64,000 nt of DNA from NCBI GenBank assembly GCA_051362555.1, contig CM120649.1, forward strand, positions 15,886,567 to 15,950,566, written 5' to 3'. The DNA is from Lingula anatina (taxonomy: Eukaryota; Animalia; Brachiopoda). The notes under the pieces are model-generated. The model saw nothing but the letters and a program-made list of their open reading frames with translations. It did not search any database and had not been told where the DNA came from. Position numbers and translations under genes: made by a program. Shown here one piece after another: positions 13,801 to 27,569 of the stretch; position 1 is the stretch's first letter, and each line of letters opens with the position of its first letter.

Positions 13801-16800
13801 TACACTGAATTGTCAATAAACCATACGGAATTTTGGTGTAAGCCTACATGGACATTGTTAGGTTTATTTAAACTACGTATTTATGGACTTCAACTGCTAT
13901 TTAGTTGTAGCCAAAATGTACTCAGCCAGGTATTAGATCAACATTTGATGTTTTATTGACTTTAATTCCCCAATATTTTGAGAATTTATCGAGGCAAATA
14001 TGGGAGCAAATTGATCCCTCTTTCTTTTTTCTCTCCTCTCTCTCTGCCTCTTTCTCTCTGTCTTTCTGTTCATGAAACAGAAATATTGAAAACATTCAAC
14101 AAAGATTAAATGCAAATTTATAGGGATGCCAAACCTTGGTAATTGTCAGTAAATATGTTATGTGCCCATGTTTTTTTGGAATGCATGCTACTTCAGTTTA
14201 GGTATCACACGTATGTGAATATTTTCACAGCGCCTACACTGTAGCACATACAGGGGCCTCACTTGTCCATTTAACCATTAAACAAACAAGATCATTGTGT
14301 GTGACACAGTAGCATCTCGCTTTGTCCCCCTGCCTCTTCCAATGGCACAATTAACCACGATGAAAAGACCGCATTTCTCCAAACAGGTTCTCTTTTCTAG
14401 TCCCATCCACATCGAATTTGATCTGGAGTAACAGTCGCTCAATGGCATGCCTAAACATTACCCGAATGGATAGCAAAACAGTGAAACCGTCGAGGGAAAA
14501 CACGACACCATTCACCCTACTAATCATTTCATGTTCGGGATTGAATCGGTTAGAATGAGAGGTTAATACGCTCCATTAAGTCACAGCTTATTATGCATTG
14601 TGGCCATATTGCTATATCCCTCCTTAAATCTTGATCAAATGAGGTAGATTTCAAGGCCGCAATTGACCTGTGGTGTTATGAATAGTTATAACGGCTTCCT
14701 ATTTCAGGGAGGGTATGTTACACGCCCATGGTTTGTTTTGAGTCGAGGGAAACGTTCTGCTTGTGAAAGAACCTGCGTGATGTATAAATATATGTAAACA
14801 GTGCAATATTGGAACGTGAGAAAAGGAGGCTTAAGTTGGTCTTTTTCTGTTATTATATTATTATTGTGCTCTATGGTACATACCCCCCTCCTTTTATAGA
14901 TTATTAAATGGACTAAATGCTAGCACTGTCATTGACCCGTAGTAATAAGAATGATGTCATCCAACTAAATACAGTTTGTTGCTTGCTAAAGGATATGGCA
15001 TGATAACAATTACATGCTTAAAAAACTCTTGTAATATTATACTGATATGTTAAGTTTGGACCTTAGAAGCTTTTTTTGTTAGTCATGATGGAATCAGTAA
15101 AAATAAAATACTTCAATGCTGTTTCAATCTCTTTCCAACTTACTGCTGTTTCACAATATAGATCGAGTTGGAAGGTATATGGTGATACATGTACCATTTT
15201 GTTTGAGGCAACTTGATTGACCAGCACAAGTTTAATCTGAAAATGTTCAACTTCAGAGATGCAGGTGCGCAGTGAAGCATGCTAATAAGTACAATATCAT
15301 ATCAAATGGGGCATCACTGTAGAATAAATAGGTTAAAGCAATTTGTTACTAAATGGACTGAAATGTGTTTGTGTGCATGTGTGTATGTGACAGAAAGGGA
15401 CAGAGAGAGAGGTTAACAAATCTTTGCTCTCAACTCTACTTATTAATACTTTTTAATCAGTTATGCATGTGACAATTCAAACCCATAATATCCATGCATT
15501 TATTCCAGAAAAAAAAACCTGCAGTACTTGGAAGTCCATGATGTATAAATAAAGTTGATGTATAAATAAAGTTATAGCTTTTTTTTGTGATAAAATTTTA
15601 ATTACAAGTGTCCCAGTTTGCTCACAGCCGCGTCTGTTGTGTACTGGTATGTTCATTCGCCAAAACTAGAAGAAGCAAAAGGCAGAATAGTAGCCAAGGG
15701 GAATAAGCACGCTGGTTGATTATTGATAACAATATTTCTTGCATTATAAGAATCCTATTCATGTAGCTTAGAGGGTTTTTTTATTTTCTGAGAAATTTCA
15801 AAGGGACTCGTGGTTGAATATTGATGTTATTTGGCCTTATGCAGCTGGTCATATGCCTGAGTGGTTTTGGGGTTCGTTTTGAAGCTCTTAATTCTGTTAT
15901 TTGATTTTCTGTTAGAGTGTGTCATAAAAATAATGGTCTTCATCTTGAAGAGCTACTCTACTCTTCTTGTTTTTCCAACCAAGTCTTTGGTCTGTGTTCA
16001 AACTTTGAATTGATCCATTTCCTCTTGTTCAGCTGAAAATAAAGTGGAGAAATTTTACCTAAATATTTCCACAATCATTGAAATATTTTCAAATGGGTCA
16101 AGCCCCAGATTCTGTTACTAGATATATACAGTATGAAAATGATTTTCAAATAACCTTATGATTGAAGGAACATATTCTCAGCCCTGTGAAAGATACTGGA
16201 GTTCAGCTAATGCAGCGTGTGACCCCACACAAAGTAGAAGCTTCATACTGGTAGTGTTGCATGATACTACACCATAATGTGTAAAATTGCACAGCAATTG
16301 GCCTGCCATTGTTCCAATAACAGTGTCATCTGATAAACCTTTAAAAAAGCTGTCTTCCCCAAGGCAAAACTACTTTCAAATAGTGTTTACTCCATTTACA
16401 ACCATTTTGTGTGGTTGAGGCTCTATTGTGGTTAACACAGACATAAAAGAGGAAAATTGACTAGGGCATTTATTGGAACCACAGAGAAAGACTTAATTAC
16501 AAAATTATGTGTGATATGAAAGTGTAATTCTTGCATTTTGAGCTGCAGAATTTCTACTAATTTGTTTTTAGGCAAGAAACTGCTCGTGAATATGTTGTTA
16601 AGTCACAGGAAGTGATTTGTGGTACAAAAAAGTTATTTTTCATGTTGAATAAGAAAACTAAAATTGGAAGAAACCACATGAAGCCACTGTAAGAACATAA
16701 TGATATATTAAAGTGCATCTTTTTTAAAATTTGAGCAAAACAATTTTTTTACAGTTGAGACATATGAGGGAAAATAACAAAAGAGAGGTGAATATTTTTT

Positions 16801-18348
16801 TCGTTAATATTTAGAAAAATGATGGAGATATGATCTGAAAATTGTCCAAAATTGCCTTAGTTATCACACAGTGAAACGTTTCCAGCTGATGCACGCCAAT
16901 TTGTTGTCAGTTAAGTAGAAAGTGCTGTTAACACACTTGTTGTCATACAAGCTCAGTGGGGCAAGACAAGCTTGGTGTATGGGCTAACAGAGGTGTGGAG
17001 ACTCCCACCCAGGTACTGTCAGCTTTCTAGGTCCTGGAACACAATTTCTTCTTGTATCACACCAGATTATCACTAGCAAGTTTTTTTTTCGCTTAGCCAA
17101 ACCCCACCTTTTTATTCATTTTCCCTCCCAGATGGTTAAAATTTGATTAAAACAAGACAAATCAATCCTATTTTGTTTAGCCAATTAATTTCAGTTTTAA
17201 CATTTGGCAAAATTGACTAGTGTTACCTCACTCACTAATGTTAGTGCCATTCGTCTCAGTTCTGTCAGTTTTACTGGTAACTTTTTCCAAATTTCATGAT
17301 CTATGTTGTTTTCTCAGGGCTCCTACACATGATTATGAGCATGTTTCCACATTACTTTTACAGGTTTATTGTAATTTTATACCAATATATTTTGTGTTTT
17401 CCAACATACTTACAGGTTTCCCTACTCCACTACCGATGAACCACAATGTTTTTTCATTGGTAGCTAAATGTGTGTAAATACATGTAGCCTATTTTGCAAA
17501 ATGAAGCACTATATTAGCCCTGTCTTAATTAAGAAGCTGCTCGATTGCAATTCCCCCTCTTCATCCCATGTCCTGACATTTCAAGTCCAGTATTATACAG
17601 AGATCAACATGGCTATGGGGATTGTTACAATCTTAGTGTTTAGTTAAGGGTGTCAGGATTTTAACTTTTATAATTTTTGTTTAATCAGTGTTTTTTTTTA
17701 ATTTAATTTTTTTTTGTCACAACTAACCAGAAATGGATGGTGTAATTAACAATGTATGCTAAATGAAACCAGACCTTGTTTCCACAGACTGTTACCATTT
17801 GGTATACATCATTGATGTGGTACGATATTACTCTGTCCTCAACCGAGGTTTAACTCATGAATTATAGATTTCTACAAGTAGAGTTATGTTGATTTAATAT
17901 GAAAGTAATTACAAGCCATCTATTGGCAGAATGTCTCAAAACTTTGAGTGTTTCATTTATAATCAGTTTTGTATGTTTTGCCCTTTACTTTGATGCACTT
18001 TAAATTATAGATTTGACTTAGAGTATTAAAATGTGTGGTTTCAAGTTTGTGAAATATAACAATACGGGAACTTCATAATTAAATTTCTTGGAAAATCTAT
18101 GAATGTTTTATTGCATCATTAGTTGATACTTTGAAAACAACATTCCTCTGTGTGTTTTAAAGTGAAAATGTATGCTATTTTTGCAACTTGAACCAGTCAA
18201 AATTTGTCCCCTGTTAATTATAATATTGTGTGATCATTAATAAATCCAAGCATTCTGAACCAATTATGAATCACTAAATTATCTTGCAAATATTATTGTT
18301 TAAACAGGATAAAAGTTGTAAACAGTACTTATTCAAATTTCATTCTAG

Positions 18349-18514
18349 GACATCATACCAAAAGTTATCCAGCCGCAAGTGTCGGGCATGGTATATGGCA
18401 TCGTTGGAGCATGCATCGTTGTTGTCATTTTGATAGCTCTCGCCATCTGGTGCATACGTCGCAAGACCCAGCAGGGGGAGCTTAAGGTAGAGGAAGTGGA
18501 AGAGGAAGACGAAG
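18349..18514 (+). CDS. Transmembrane-domain exon (DIIPKVIQPQVSG-MVYGIVGACIVVVILIALAIWCI-RRKTQQGELKVEEVEEEDE)
   Basis: Acceptor tttcattctag|, donor GAAG|gtaaag, phase 0-1. A 23-aa hydrophobic helix is followed by RRK (positive-inside rule, type-I topology). Confidence 0.9.
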
Positions 18515-18550
18515 GTAAAGATAGTAGTGAGTTAGCTTTGCGTTGACAAT

Positions 18551-18795
18551 GGGACCATTCCCAGACCCTATCGTACTAACTGTGGATCGATCTATCTCCA
18601 AGGGGATTCCTGCTAAATTGCAATCAACTTAAGCATCTTAGGTGTCTGTCATGCCTAATGAAGCTGCTAGGGGGTAATTAATTAGTTAGTAGGCATGCTA
18701 GACAACTAGGCCGTTTAAGCTAAAAGCAATTTAGCGAGAAACCTCTTGGAGATGAGTCGATACTATTAGACCGATCTAGGTATGGGAACCCAGTC
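18551..18795. mobile_element. Hairpin MITE, family A, copy 2
   Basis: Aligns end-to-end with 1937-2196 (gggaccattcccag...ctaggtatgggaa). Confidence 0.8.
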
Positions 18796-18810
18796 AAACA
18801 ATTCAGTATA

Positions 18811-19005
18811 GGCTCTATTTACAAGCAGTTGATCTCTGGACTAACTAGTCTGTGGATCAAATATGGCCTGCACTGGACAATGAATTCCCACCTCCCACGT
18901 GTGACATTCTAGCAGGGGCAGAGCAATGAAATCTTTCAAGTTGGCCACGCTACGTTTGATCCGCGGGATAGTTAATTGGCGTATAAGCTGGTTGTGAACA
19001 CAGCC
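18811..19005. mobile_element. Hairpin MITE, family B
   Basis: TIRs ggctctatttacaagcagtt / agctggttgtgaacacagcc (15/20 complementary), an inner inverted repeat ggatcaaa/tttgatcc, and TA-containing flanks. Confidence 0.65.
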
Positions 19006-19025
19006 ATAGTCACAGTCGTCACTAT

Positions 19026-19276
19026 GAGCGCATTCAGAATGTTCAGCAGACTAACAGATCCGCAGATCAAACATGGCCGACCCACTTGTATGCTTTTTGC
19101 ATAATCCCTGCGGGGAATCCATTCAGTGTCTAATCGGGAATTAAGCAGCAAGTTTTATAGTGGGTCGCCATATTTGATCTGCAAATCTATTAGTCCACTA
19201 TTCTGAATGTGCTCTATAGTGGGTCACCATATTTGATCTGCAAATCTATTAGTCCACTATTCTGAATGTGCTCTAT
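19026..19276. mobile_element. Hairpin MITE (B-related) with a 59-bp tandem duplication of its right end
   Basis: TIRs gagcgcattcagaat / attctgaatgtgctc (14/15). 19156-19214 is repeated almost exactly at 19215-19273. Confidence 0.75.
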
Positions 19277-20699
19277 CATTGTCATCATTTTGGTAATATT
19301 TATTTGTTTGATTTTGTATAAATACCATCATTAATAATGACTTTTTTTTTTTTTTTTGTCAATTTTTGTCAGAAAAAGAATGCATGTCTATGTATATGAA
19401 AATTCATGATGGCATGGAAAATTGACAGCACTAGTTCAATAACCTTCTCGACTGGAAAGCATCCGACGTAATTCTGCAAGATATTGTTTGCGGGTTTATC
19501 CCTTTTACTCAGGTGAACACTTGATGCTGTAATGACATGAGACAGACTGAAACATCATTTCCTGTTTTTCATCTACTACAAGTATAGATGCAGTTATTAG
19601 TGGCTAGAAGAATACAGGCAATTTGCAGCAGGGTTTCAGAACATAACCAGTATCCTGTTTTTCAAACGCTGATAAGATATTGGGTACAAAAAGCACAAGA
19701 ATGAAATTAAATGAGAAAAAGAGAAAAAAGACGAAGTTGAGAAAAAATACATTTCCTTTGAATGGCCCCATTTGACATGATGGCCACTGAAAAGTTTCCA
19801 GCTCAGCAATAAGACCACCTGATCCACCTAGCCCACCCAAATTTATCCCTCTTCAGAGGCTCACTCATACTGTGACTATGTAACAAGAGTTGATGACTGA
19901 ACAATTTGACCATATATGGTCAAATTGTTCAGAATAAAAATTAATAATTTGTCTTGTCTGAAAATTTATCATGTTCAAATTGTAGCATTCAAAGATAGGA
20001 AGAAGAGTCTGACAGTTTCACAAAGCATCTCGAGTCAAAAGGCTGGTCTAAACTTTAACCCCCCCCCCCCAAAAAAAAAAAAAAGGTCTTTCTTATTCAG
20101 TATAATGAGCTAAATTCATAGTAATCTAACTCAATAAAGCAACTGATAGTCTGAAACAATCATGTATTTTTTGTTATAAAACATGTGCAGTGTTTCATTT
20201 ATTGGACTAGTCTACAACTGATTTATCTTGGGACAAAGTAGAATAGACATATTTTGGTCTGATCTGTTAAGTCTAATTTCCAGGCTAAAACTAGTTTGGG
20301 AAACTGGCCCCATTAGTGCCATTCTTCAACTAAACAAATCTTTCAAAAAGCCACCTTAAGAGCACACATGCAATTATGACTTTTATCATGAAATTGTTGC
20401 ACAAAACTAAATAGGTTTTGAGTGCGAGTGTGTGAGCTTTCTGATCAGAGGGCTGAATCCCACGTTGACGATCACGACAGTGTAATAAATCACACATTGA
20501 TTGATTAGCTTCACTGTGTGTGAGAGGGGAATGTGAATTGCTTCATTTTTAGCGCCATAATGCTGGTAATTAATGGTAATGAACTGCCTGTCTGTTCCAG
20601 CAAGAAGCGAGCTGGCTGATGATTAGTTTTGGTGATTTGGAGGCATGTTATAATGTAAACTACCTGTTATGATTGAATTTAAGGTGGCATAGCTGTACA

Positions 20700-20826
20700 T
20701 GCACAAACACAGGCATACACACGCACACGCACTCGTGCTCACACATGCTCATACACAAACATGCACACACATGCACTCACACACACAAAAATGCTCATAC
20801 AAATGCATACACACAAATCACACATT

Positions 20827-20859
<33 letters not shown>
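20700..20859. repeat. Degenerate (CA)n microsatellite
   Basis: CA-rich tract ending in a perfect (CA)n run. Confidence 0.85.
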
Positions 20860-20861
<2 letters not shown>

Positions 20862-23652
20862 AGTAATGAATGAGCTAACGAAAACACACACTTGCACATT
20901 GGTCGATCTAGCTCCTAAGCACACATATTTCCACATGTACAAATGTTGGCTTTTATAGAATTTGCAGAGACAGTCCAACACAGTCCAGTCCCAGTAGAAT
21001 TGATCCCCAAAGAAAGAGAAAGACCACTGGTCATTCAGTGTGGACACAAAGCTTTTTTGATTGAGTGGACATTAATCTTAAAATTGCTTGCAGCCAGATA
21101 AAAATTAGATGAGCTGTCGTGGATCCAGTATTAAAGATGCCTTAATTGTAAGCGGCATCCCCAAGAGATGGTTTTTAAGATTGACTTCTGCTGTAGTGAT
21201 CCATATTAAAGTGAACAGTTCAGGGAGAAGTCTGGTTTAGAAATAAATGATATAAAATTGAAGATAAGTGCATGAGAAAGTAAGATTTAACCAAGCTAGC
21301 CTACACATAGGCCTACACAAATTCAGTTTATTATAAGTGAAGTTAAAAGTACAAATTCTCAACTGGTGAAATATTTCCATCAAAGAAAACCAGGGGCTCG
21401 TTTCACAAAAGAATTGAGACAAAAATTGGTCTCAACTTTAAGATATATTAATCCTATGTAATTTTACCTGTCAGTAGCTGCCTGTTGAAGTTACAACAAT
21501 TGTCTGTCCTTAATGTTAGCCTTTTTTTTGCCCTGTTTGATATGCAACTAGCTCCTTAAAGATTTTCAGTTTAGTAGACTACCATGGATTGATCCAGAGT
21601 CAAAAGTAGACTAAAATTTTTTGTCATAATGTCAGGTTGTTAAACTAACCCCTAGCCTGGACCTTGGCGATAAGAGAGAGATAAAGATTTATTTTATTGA
21701 AGTCTAAAAAAGATGAATGAAATCTTACAAAATTATTAACATTTTACAGATTTTCACAGATAAGCATGTGGTAGGGATGCAGACAATTCCTAGTAGATCC
21801 GAAACATTTGTGTGTAAAAAGCCGTCGAACTTGTTTAGTCATACTTAAATCACTTACAACAACCGCAATTTCGTATCTCAGACTCTAATTATCAGCTCTA
21901 AATAAAATTTTAAATATCATTGATTTGTAGGCAGAGTGCAGAGGCTTGGAGAGCACTTAAATCATTGAGAGACTGAGATTTTAGATTGAGCTTCATGAAT
22001 TTTATATGTAGTGTGTTTGTGTGTTGATTTAATAGCATATACCACCTGAAGTGGGTATATGTGTGATGTCCTGCAGTTACACTAAAGGTAAAATGTTGGA
22101 GAATCGAAATAAACCAGATTTATTGAGATTGAATTAATTCTGAACATTTTTTTTTATCCATCATGTATTATATGCAAAAGATAAAACGCTACAGATGATG
22201 ATGAAGCTTTAGGCATCTGAAGTAGTAAACCACTTGCTGGCGTGTGATAAAGATGTTCAAGTTGTATTGAGCAGCAGATCTCTTGTTGATTTTTAACTAT
22301 AAGTTAAACTGAATTGAATTTAGAGTTAACTCTACTTTGCACCCTCCCGTTCCCATTTCAGCTTCTCTCAACTTCTATCTCTGTCTCTCTCTCTCTCTCT
22401 CTGTCTCTCTCTTGGCTTCCTGATTTCCAATAACTTCCCTATGCCTCGTCTCATCTACAAATGATTTAACAAACAAAACTGTATTCTGCATTTGAAACCT
22501 GATTAGAAAGAAGATGGGTGAAGAGATCGAATGAGACAAGAAAGTTTGAGTTTTCCACAAAGGGACAAAAAGTTAAAAAAAAAAATTCTACCACTAACTT
22601 TAATTATGCCATATACTATTTCACAAGGAATTGTGGTTGAAGCAGAATTCAGACAGATCCAAATTATTTGTGAGAGAAAATAGAAGTTTTTGAGTTTTTT
22701 TTCGATGGGGAGGGGACGTTGTCTCTGGACTGACACTTGAAAGAACATGCATTCACACGTGACGGATCAGGTCATGAACATAAACCACAACCCCTCACCC
22801 GCAAATTAAAGAAATCACAACCTGTAGGTTTAATGAATAAAAGAAGGTGATCAGAAGCGGTAGTTTGGAAATTTTATAGCCTCAAAACGTCTGGTGAAAA
22901 GACTGTAATGTGAGTCGCGTGGTTCTTGTGGAATTTTAGGAAGTAATGGCTTGGCCGTGAGATAGTTGTTATAACTGTTAACATATAAAAAACAAGTCAA
23001 GGGGATGCGGACTTGAAAGGTGCTTCAGATTTCAAGCATTCTTAATGAAATAGGGCATAGAGAAGGGTTATAGTGTACATCATTGGGGCAAAGGTTTAAA
23101 TTTGTACTTACAAAATATGCCTTAAGCTATTGGTCTCTTAACAACTTTGCAATGCCTATTGCAATACATCTGAATTTCATATCTAGACTTTATTAATATG
23201 ATATTACTCCTGTAACAAAAATTCAGAGCTATATATAATTATTGCGATTGTTTATACATTATTCTCCTCTTCCCTGTCATACCCTATTGCCTTTTAAGTT
23301 ATCATTAATTTTGGATGAAAGCTGTGCACAGTTAAAATATAGAAGCCCAGTTTCACACACACACACACACTTAAAAAAATTAAGTTGGAACATTTCAGTA
23401 TAATAGTCATTCACAAAAAAGATTCAAAGTGGCTTACTGATCAGTGGTAACATTACAAGGGATTAAAAGTTTTATCCCTTTAATTCTGGGCTAAACCGAC
23501 AAAAAAAATGTTCCAGTTGTAAAGATATGTAAAGACCAATGTTTGACTGGTGTTCTTTTGTGGAAGGAGGGCCATTAGGATTAATTTTACCCTCTCGTAT
23601 TGCATTCATAATATGATACCACCAGCTGCGTGGAACTGCGGGTGGCACTATA

Positions 23653-23826
23653 GGGCCTTTTCAGAACCAACTTGATCTGGGGACCAACTGGGCAACCCAC
23701 TTTAAACATTTCTGCATAACCCCCTTATGGATTTCCGACAGGGATTATGCGGCATGCTTTCAAGTGGGTCGCCATCTTTATTCCTAGATTAGTTAGTTCG
23801 CAGATCTACATGTTGTGAACATGACC
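23653..23826. mobile_element. Hairpin MITE (B-related)
   Basis: ctatag/catag flanks, inner inverted repeat acccactt...gcataacccc / gggattatgc...aagtgggt. Shares agtgggtcgccat with 19026-19214. Confidence 0.6.
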
Positions 23827-25467
23827 ATAGAGTCCTATATAGTGGTACTTGTGAACAACTCTTTGATGCTCTGATGAGACTCTGTCAGGTTGCTTTGATG
23901 GTAGGACATCTACAAAGACCCCCCTTGATAACCTGTAAGAAATGCTCTTCGAGAGGTCATCCAGCTCTAAAGTACTTAGAAGAAAAGGTCTTGTGAATCT
24001 TTTGCAGTATTTTTGTTCCTGTTATCTTTTTGTGTTCCTATAACATGGTGTTCTTGTTGTAACAGTAAGTGATAGGCTCTTAACTCGGGTAAAGTGATAG
24101 GGGTTTTTAACTTAAGAAGCAGAGGGGCACATGTTCCCAGTTGCTTATGTATTATTATTTCTTTGTAAGGGCATTGCACTTAAATATGGAGTCCAGGTTG
24201 TCAATTTTTTTTTCCTATCTATCTTTTTATGATTTTTAGGGGCCTGTTTCTTATCTTTTGTTTGCTCCTAGTGTTTCAGTGTTTTGATGGTTAAAGACTA
24301 GAAGCAAAGTTGGCAATTTTACCTTTTTTTTTTTTTTTTTTTTTTTTCAAGTTACAATTTATTTTATATCTCTGTGACAGGATATGGTTTACCCAAGGTG
24401 CACACACTTGAAGCACAGTAGACATCTATAATCATTTTAAGAAACAATTCTTGGGACAAATTTAGTGTGACTGTCCCTATACAGCACTGAAAATTAAATA
24501 AAAGCACGTTACTTTTCACTTCCTAAAGCCAAGTGGAGAGAAAACGGCCTTACAACTTGTAATTATGGGTTGCTTTTTTAGTTTGAAACTTCGTTAAGCA
24601 GTTGTTATGTAAGATTAGACAACTCACAGTTCTAGGAAAATTCATTGCGTTTTTTTTTTCCAAGCTTAAGTCAATAAAACGGTATTCCATATAGAATTCT
24701 CTTACTGCTTCAGTCCAGTGCTTCTTGGGTGTTAGGCCAAATTAACCCAAGTGGGCATTGTGTGCGTTTTTGGTACAGTATGGGAAACTGCTATATTTGT
24801 TATTGCATCTTGGACTACAACCAGAATTTCTCTTCTGTCCTTTAGTACTAAATTACGGTACAAAAAAGTGTGTGTGTAAATGTACGTGTAACCAAGTCCA
24901 ATAGCCGTGCTTATTATGGAGATGTTGATGAGGTTATGCTCCCCCTGAGATTTTTCGTTAGGAATGATTGTATCTGTAATTCAACAAGAGTTCAATTGTG
25001 TATTTTTTTATGTACAGACACTGTTTTGTCAGACAGTGGTGATAACAGTATTTTTTTCTAACATAAAGTCAACACAAGTTGAAGTTTCAATCCAGTTTGA
25101 GTTTAATTTCCAACACTCAATATTGAAGGAGATAATGGTTGCCTTGTATGAATTTTGTGGATTTTATGCTCATTTTTTACATTTTAGTACTATTTTTTAA
25201 ATCTGTGTTATTATATTTCATGTTATTTCATTACTAACTATCAATTCAAAATGGCGGCTCTTAAAGACTGTTGCTGTTTCCACAGACCAACTGCTCACAG
25301 TTTTTCAACTGTTGCTTGAAAATTATTTTACGAGACGTGACAGGTGGGATCCACAGTTGCACCATGTCTGGCTTATGTGACTTCTAAATATTGATTCTGT
25401 GAGCTAAAATTACGTGTCCATTATCGATATACGAGTTATGACATGCTATACATATTTCTCCTTGCAG

Positions 25468-25526
25468 GTTACAGGGAAGATGACACTCCGGGGAGCCAAG
25501 TCTACCCACCACATACACCTGTGCAG
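25468..25526 (+). CDS. Cytoplasmic exon (G)YREDDTPGSQVYPPHTPVQ
   Basis: Acceptor tttctccttgcag|, donor CAG|gtgagg. Phase 1-0 matches both neighbours. Confidence 0.85.
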
Positions 25527-25870
25527 GTGAGGAGGCAGAACTGCCTTATTGATATTTTATGGAACATAGTCAGCCACAGAGACCAACCCAGACTTGTTAA
25601 GTCTAGACCTAGTCCTCCAGAGGCACCGTTTGATTATTGTTTAGTAATTTAGATAGATTAATCCATACAAACTTGAATACTTGCATGTATGTACTTTTGT
25701 GCACATACACACGGTTGCACTTAAACTTAATAATTTTACATTTATTTTATACATTTTGGTGAGAGGGGGTCTTAAACATTATATACATTATGTATGATAT
25801 GCAAACTGTAATTGTTTGTCTTGTTTCAGACCACCCCTTATAGCCTCATGGCTTTTATGGCCCTGTCATA

Positions 25871-26090
25871 ACCCCATACAAGGTCACACATGCCTCAAAA
25901 ATGACCCAAAAATGACCTTGACTTGACCCCATACAAGGTCACACATTCCTTGTACATGACCCAAATCTGACCTTGGCATGACCCTGTACAAGGTCACATA
26001 TGCCTCAAACATTTACATTTACATCAGACATAGATCAAACTTAGTCACACATACCTCTTACCGTATGTGACCTTAAGCTGACCTAAACAT
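25871..26090. repeat. ~55-bp degenerate tandem repeat (AAGGTCA/TGACCTT-rich), probable Helentron/HINE remnant
   Basis: accccatacaaggtcacaca-like unit at 25871, 25926 and 25981. Confidence 0.7.
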
Positions 26091-27492
26091 GTCGCAAATC
26101 ATTAATGACCAGTGCAATTGCACACTGGAACTTAACCATGGTTGATTGCTTTACATCATAGAGCATGCTTATTGCATGTGGTAAGATGCAATCCGTCATA
26201 TTCATTATTTCTATTTGAATGCATGTGTTGGGACTGTTATGTATTATATATGTGCTATTTTTTTGCTTTGAGAAATCGTAACCAGAAACAAATTATTTGC
26301 AATACCTAATTATACCAAATTATTTACAATGTCATTAGTCAGTATTTGAATTGCCCCCTTTGAAAATGTTGCCAATAAGGAAAACAATTTGTGAAGTCTT
26401 TTCTCCAACATGTGAATCAAACTCAAATTCTGCTGTATTGAAAAGACCTTTTCCCATGACTTTTTTGGTGAGAGTGTTTTGTAATTAGCTTCATTACAAG
26501 CATTCTCACAACATGTAGTTTTTTTTTTTTTTTTTTTGTACATTCAGTTTAGCAAAGGACAGAATGAAGTTAACAGTGGTTTCTATTTTTTTTTTTTTTT
26601 TGTTAGATTGGCTATGTGATTACATCATCATCCCCAAGACCCTTTGCCATGTTAATATCCCTTTACATCATTGCAATCACAGATTCTGACAATGAGTAGG
26701 CGAATTCAAATGTCTGTCATAAAGAGATAATGGTCAATGAAAAAACAACATAATTGGGCATGAAGTCGGGAAATGGAAATCATTTACCAGCAAATGCCAT
26801 GAAGCCAGTAGGTGGGATAAGAGTTGCACTAATCTCTCAGTCTGTACAGATCCACTTTGCTGTCATCAGTTCAGTAGACACTCCATACTGTCACTGTAGC
26901 ATACGGTAATGACTCGGCAAATTTGAACAACATGAATTGATGAATGTCTCTCAACAATGTTTTGTTACTAATGCCAAAATAATAAAAAAGAAATAGATAT
27001 TTGAAAGTTTTGCAAAGGCTTGTTGTTTTTTTGTCAGAAAGTAATTTTTGTGGCTTTCCAAAATTGATAGATTTCAAAAAGTAGAAGATTCATTCATTCC
27101 AAAAAATGGAGATACTTGGAAACGCCAGGCACCTTTTCAGAGAATGATTCTGCACGTGTTGTATTGTAGTCTCTACCTGAAGAAACTATTACTGTATCTT
27201 TGAGTGCATGACACAGCACACAGCATATAGAATTCTTTGCTGGATGACAATAAAAACTTTTTTATATAAGACCAATTTGTTCTCATTGGCTGAATGAACA
27301 AACATGAGATTGCACTGTTGTCTGTATTGTGAGAGAGCAGCAGGGCAGAACATGGACTGGGTGATGATGGTAATTTTCTTGAAAGCCACTTTTATAATGG
27401 ATAATGTGTGATTAGATGTTTTAAAATTGACTTTTTTTCAAGCCAGCATGGATGGTAGATTGTCACCATGAGTGGCTGGGTCCTCCCTCCCT

Positions 27493-27498
<6 letters not shown>

Positions 27499-27567
<69 letters not shown>
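27499..27567. repeat. (CT)n microsatellite flanked by C runs
   Basis: Perfect CT run. It produces the spurious ERERER/SLSLSL ORFs. Confidence 0.95.

Positions 27568-27569
<2 letters not shown>

Noticed and set aside
21790-21835. gtagatccgaa resembling miR-100/miR-10
   Set aside because: Only an 11-nt match, the seed end is absent, and there is no hairpin precursor.
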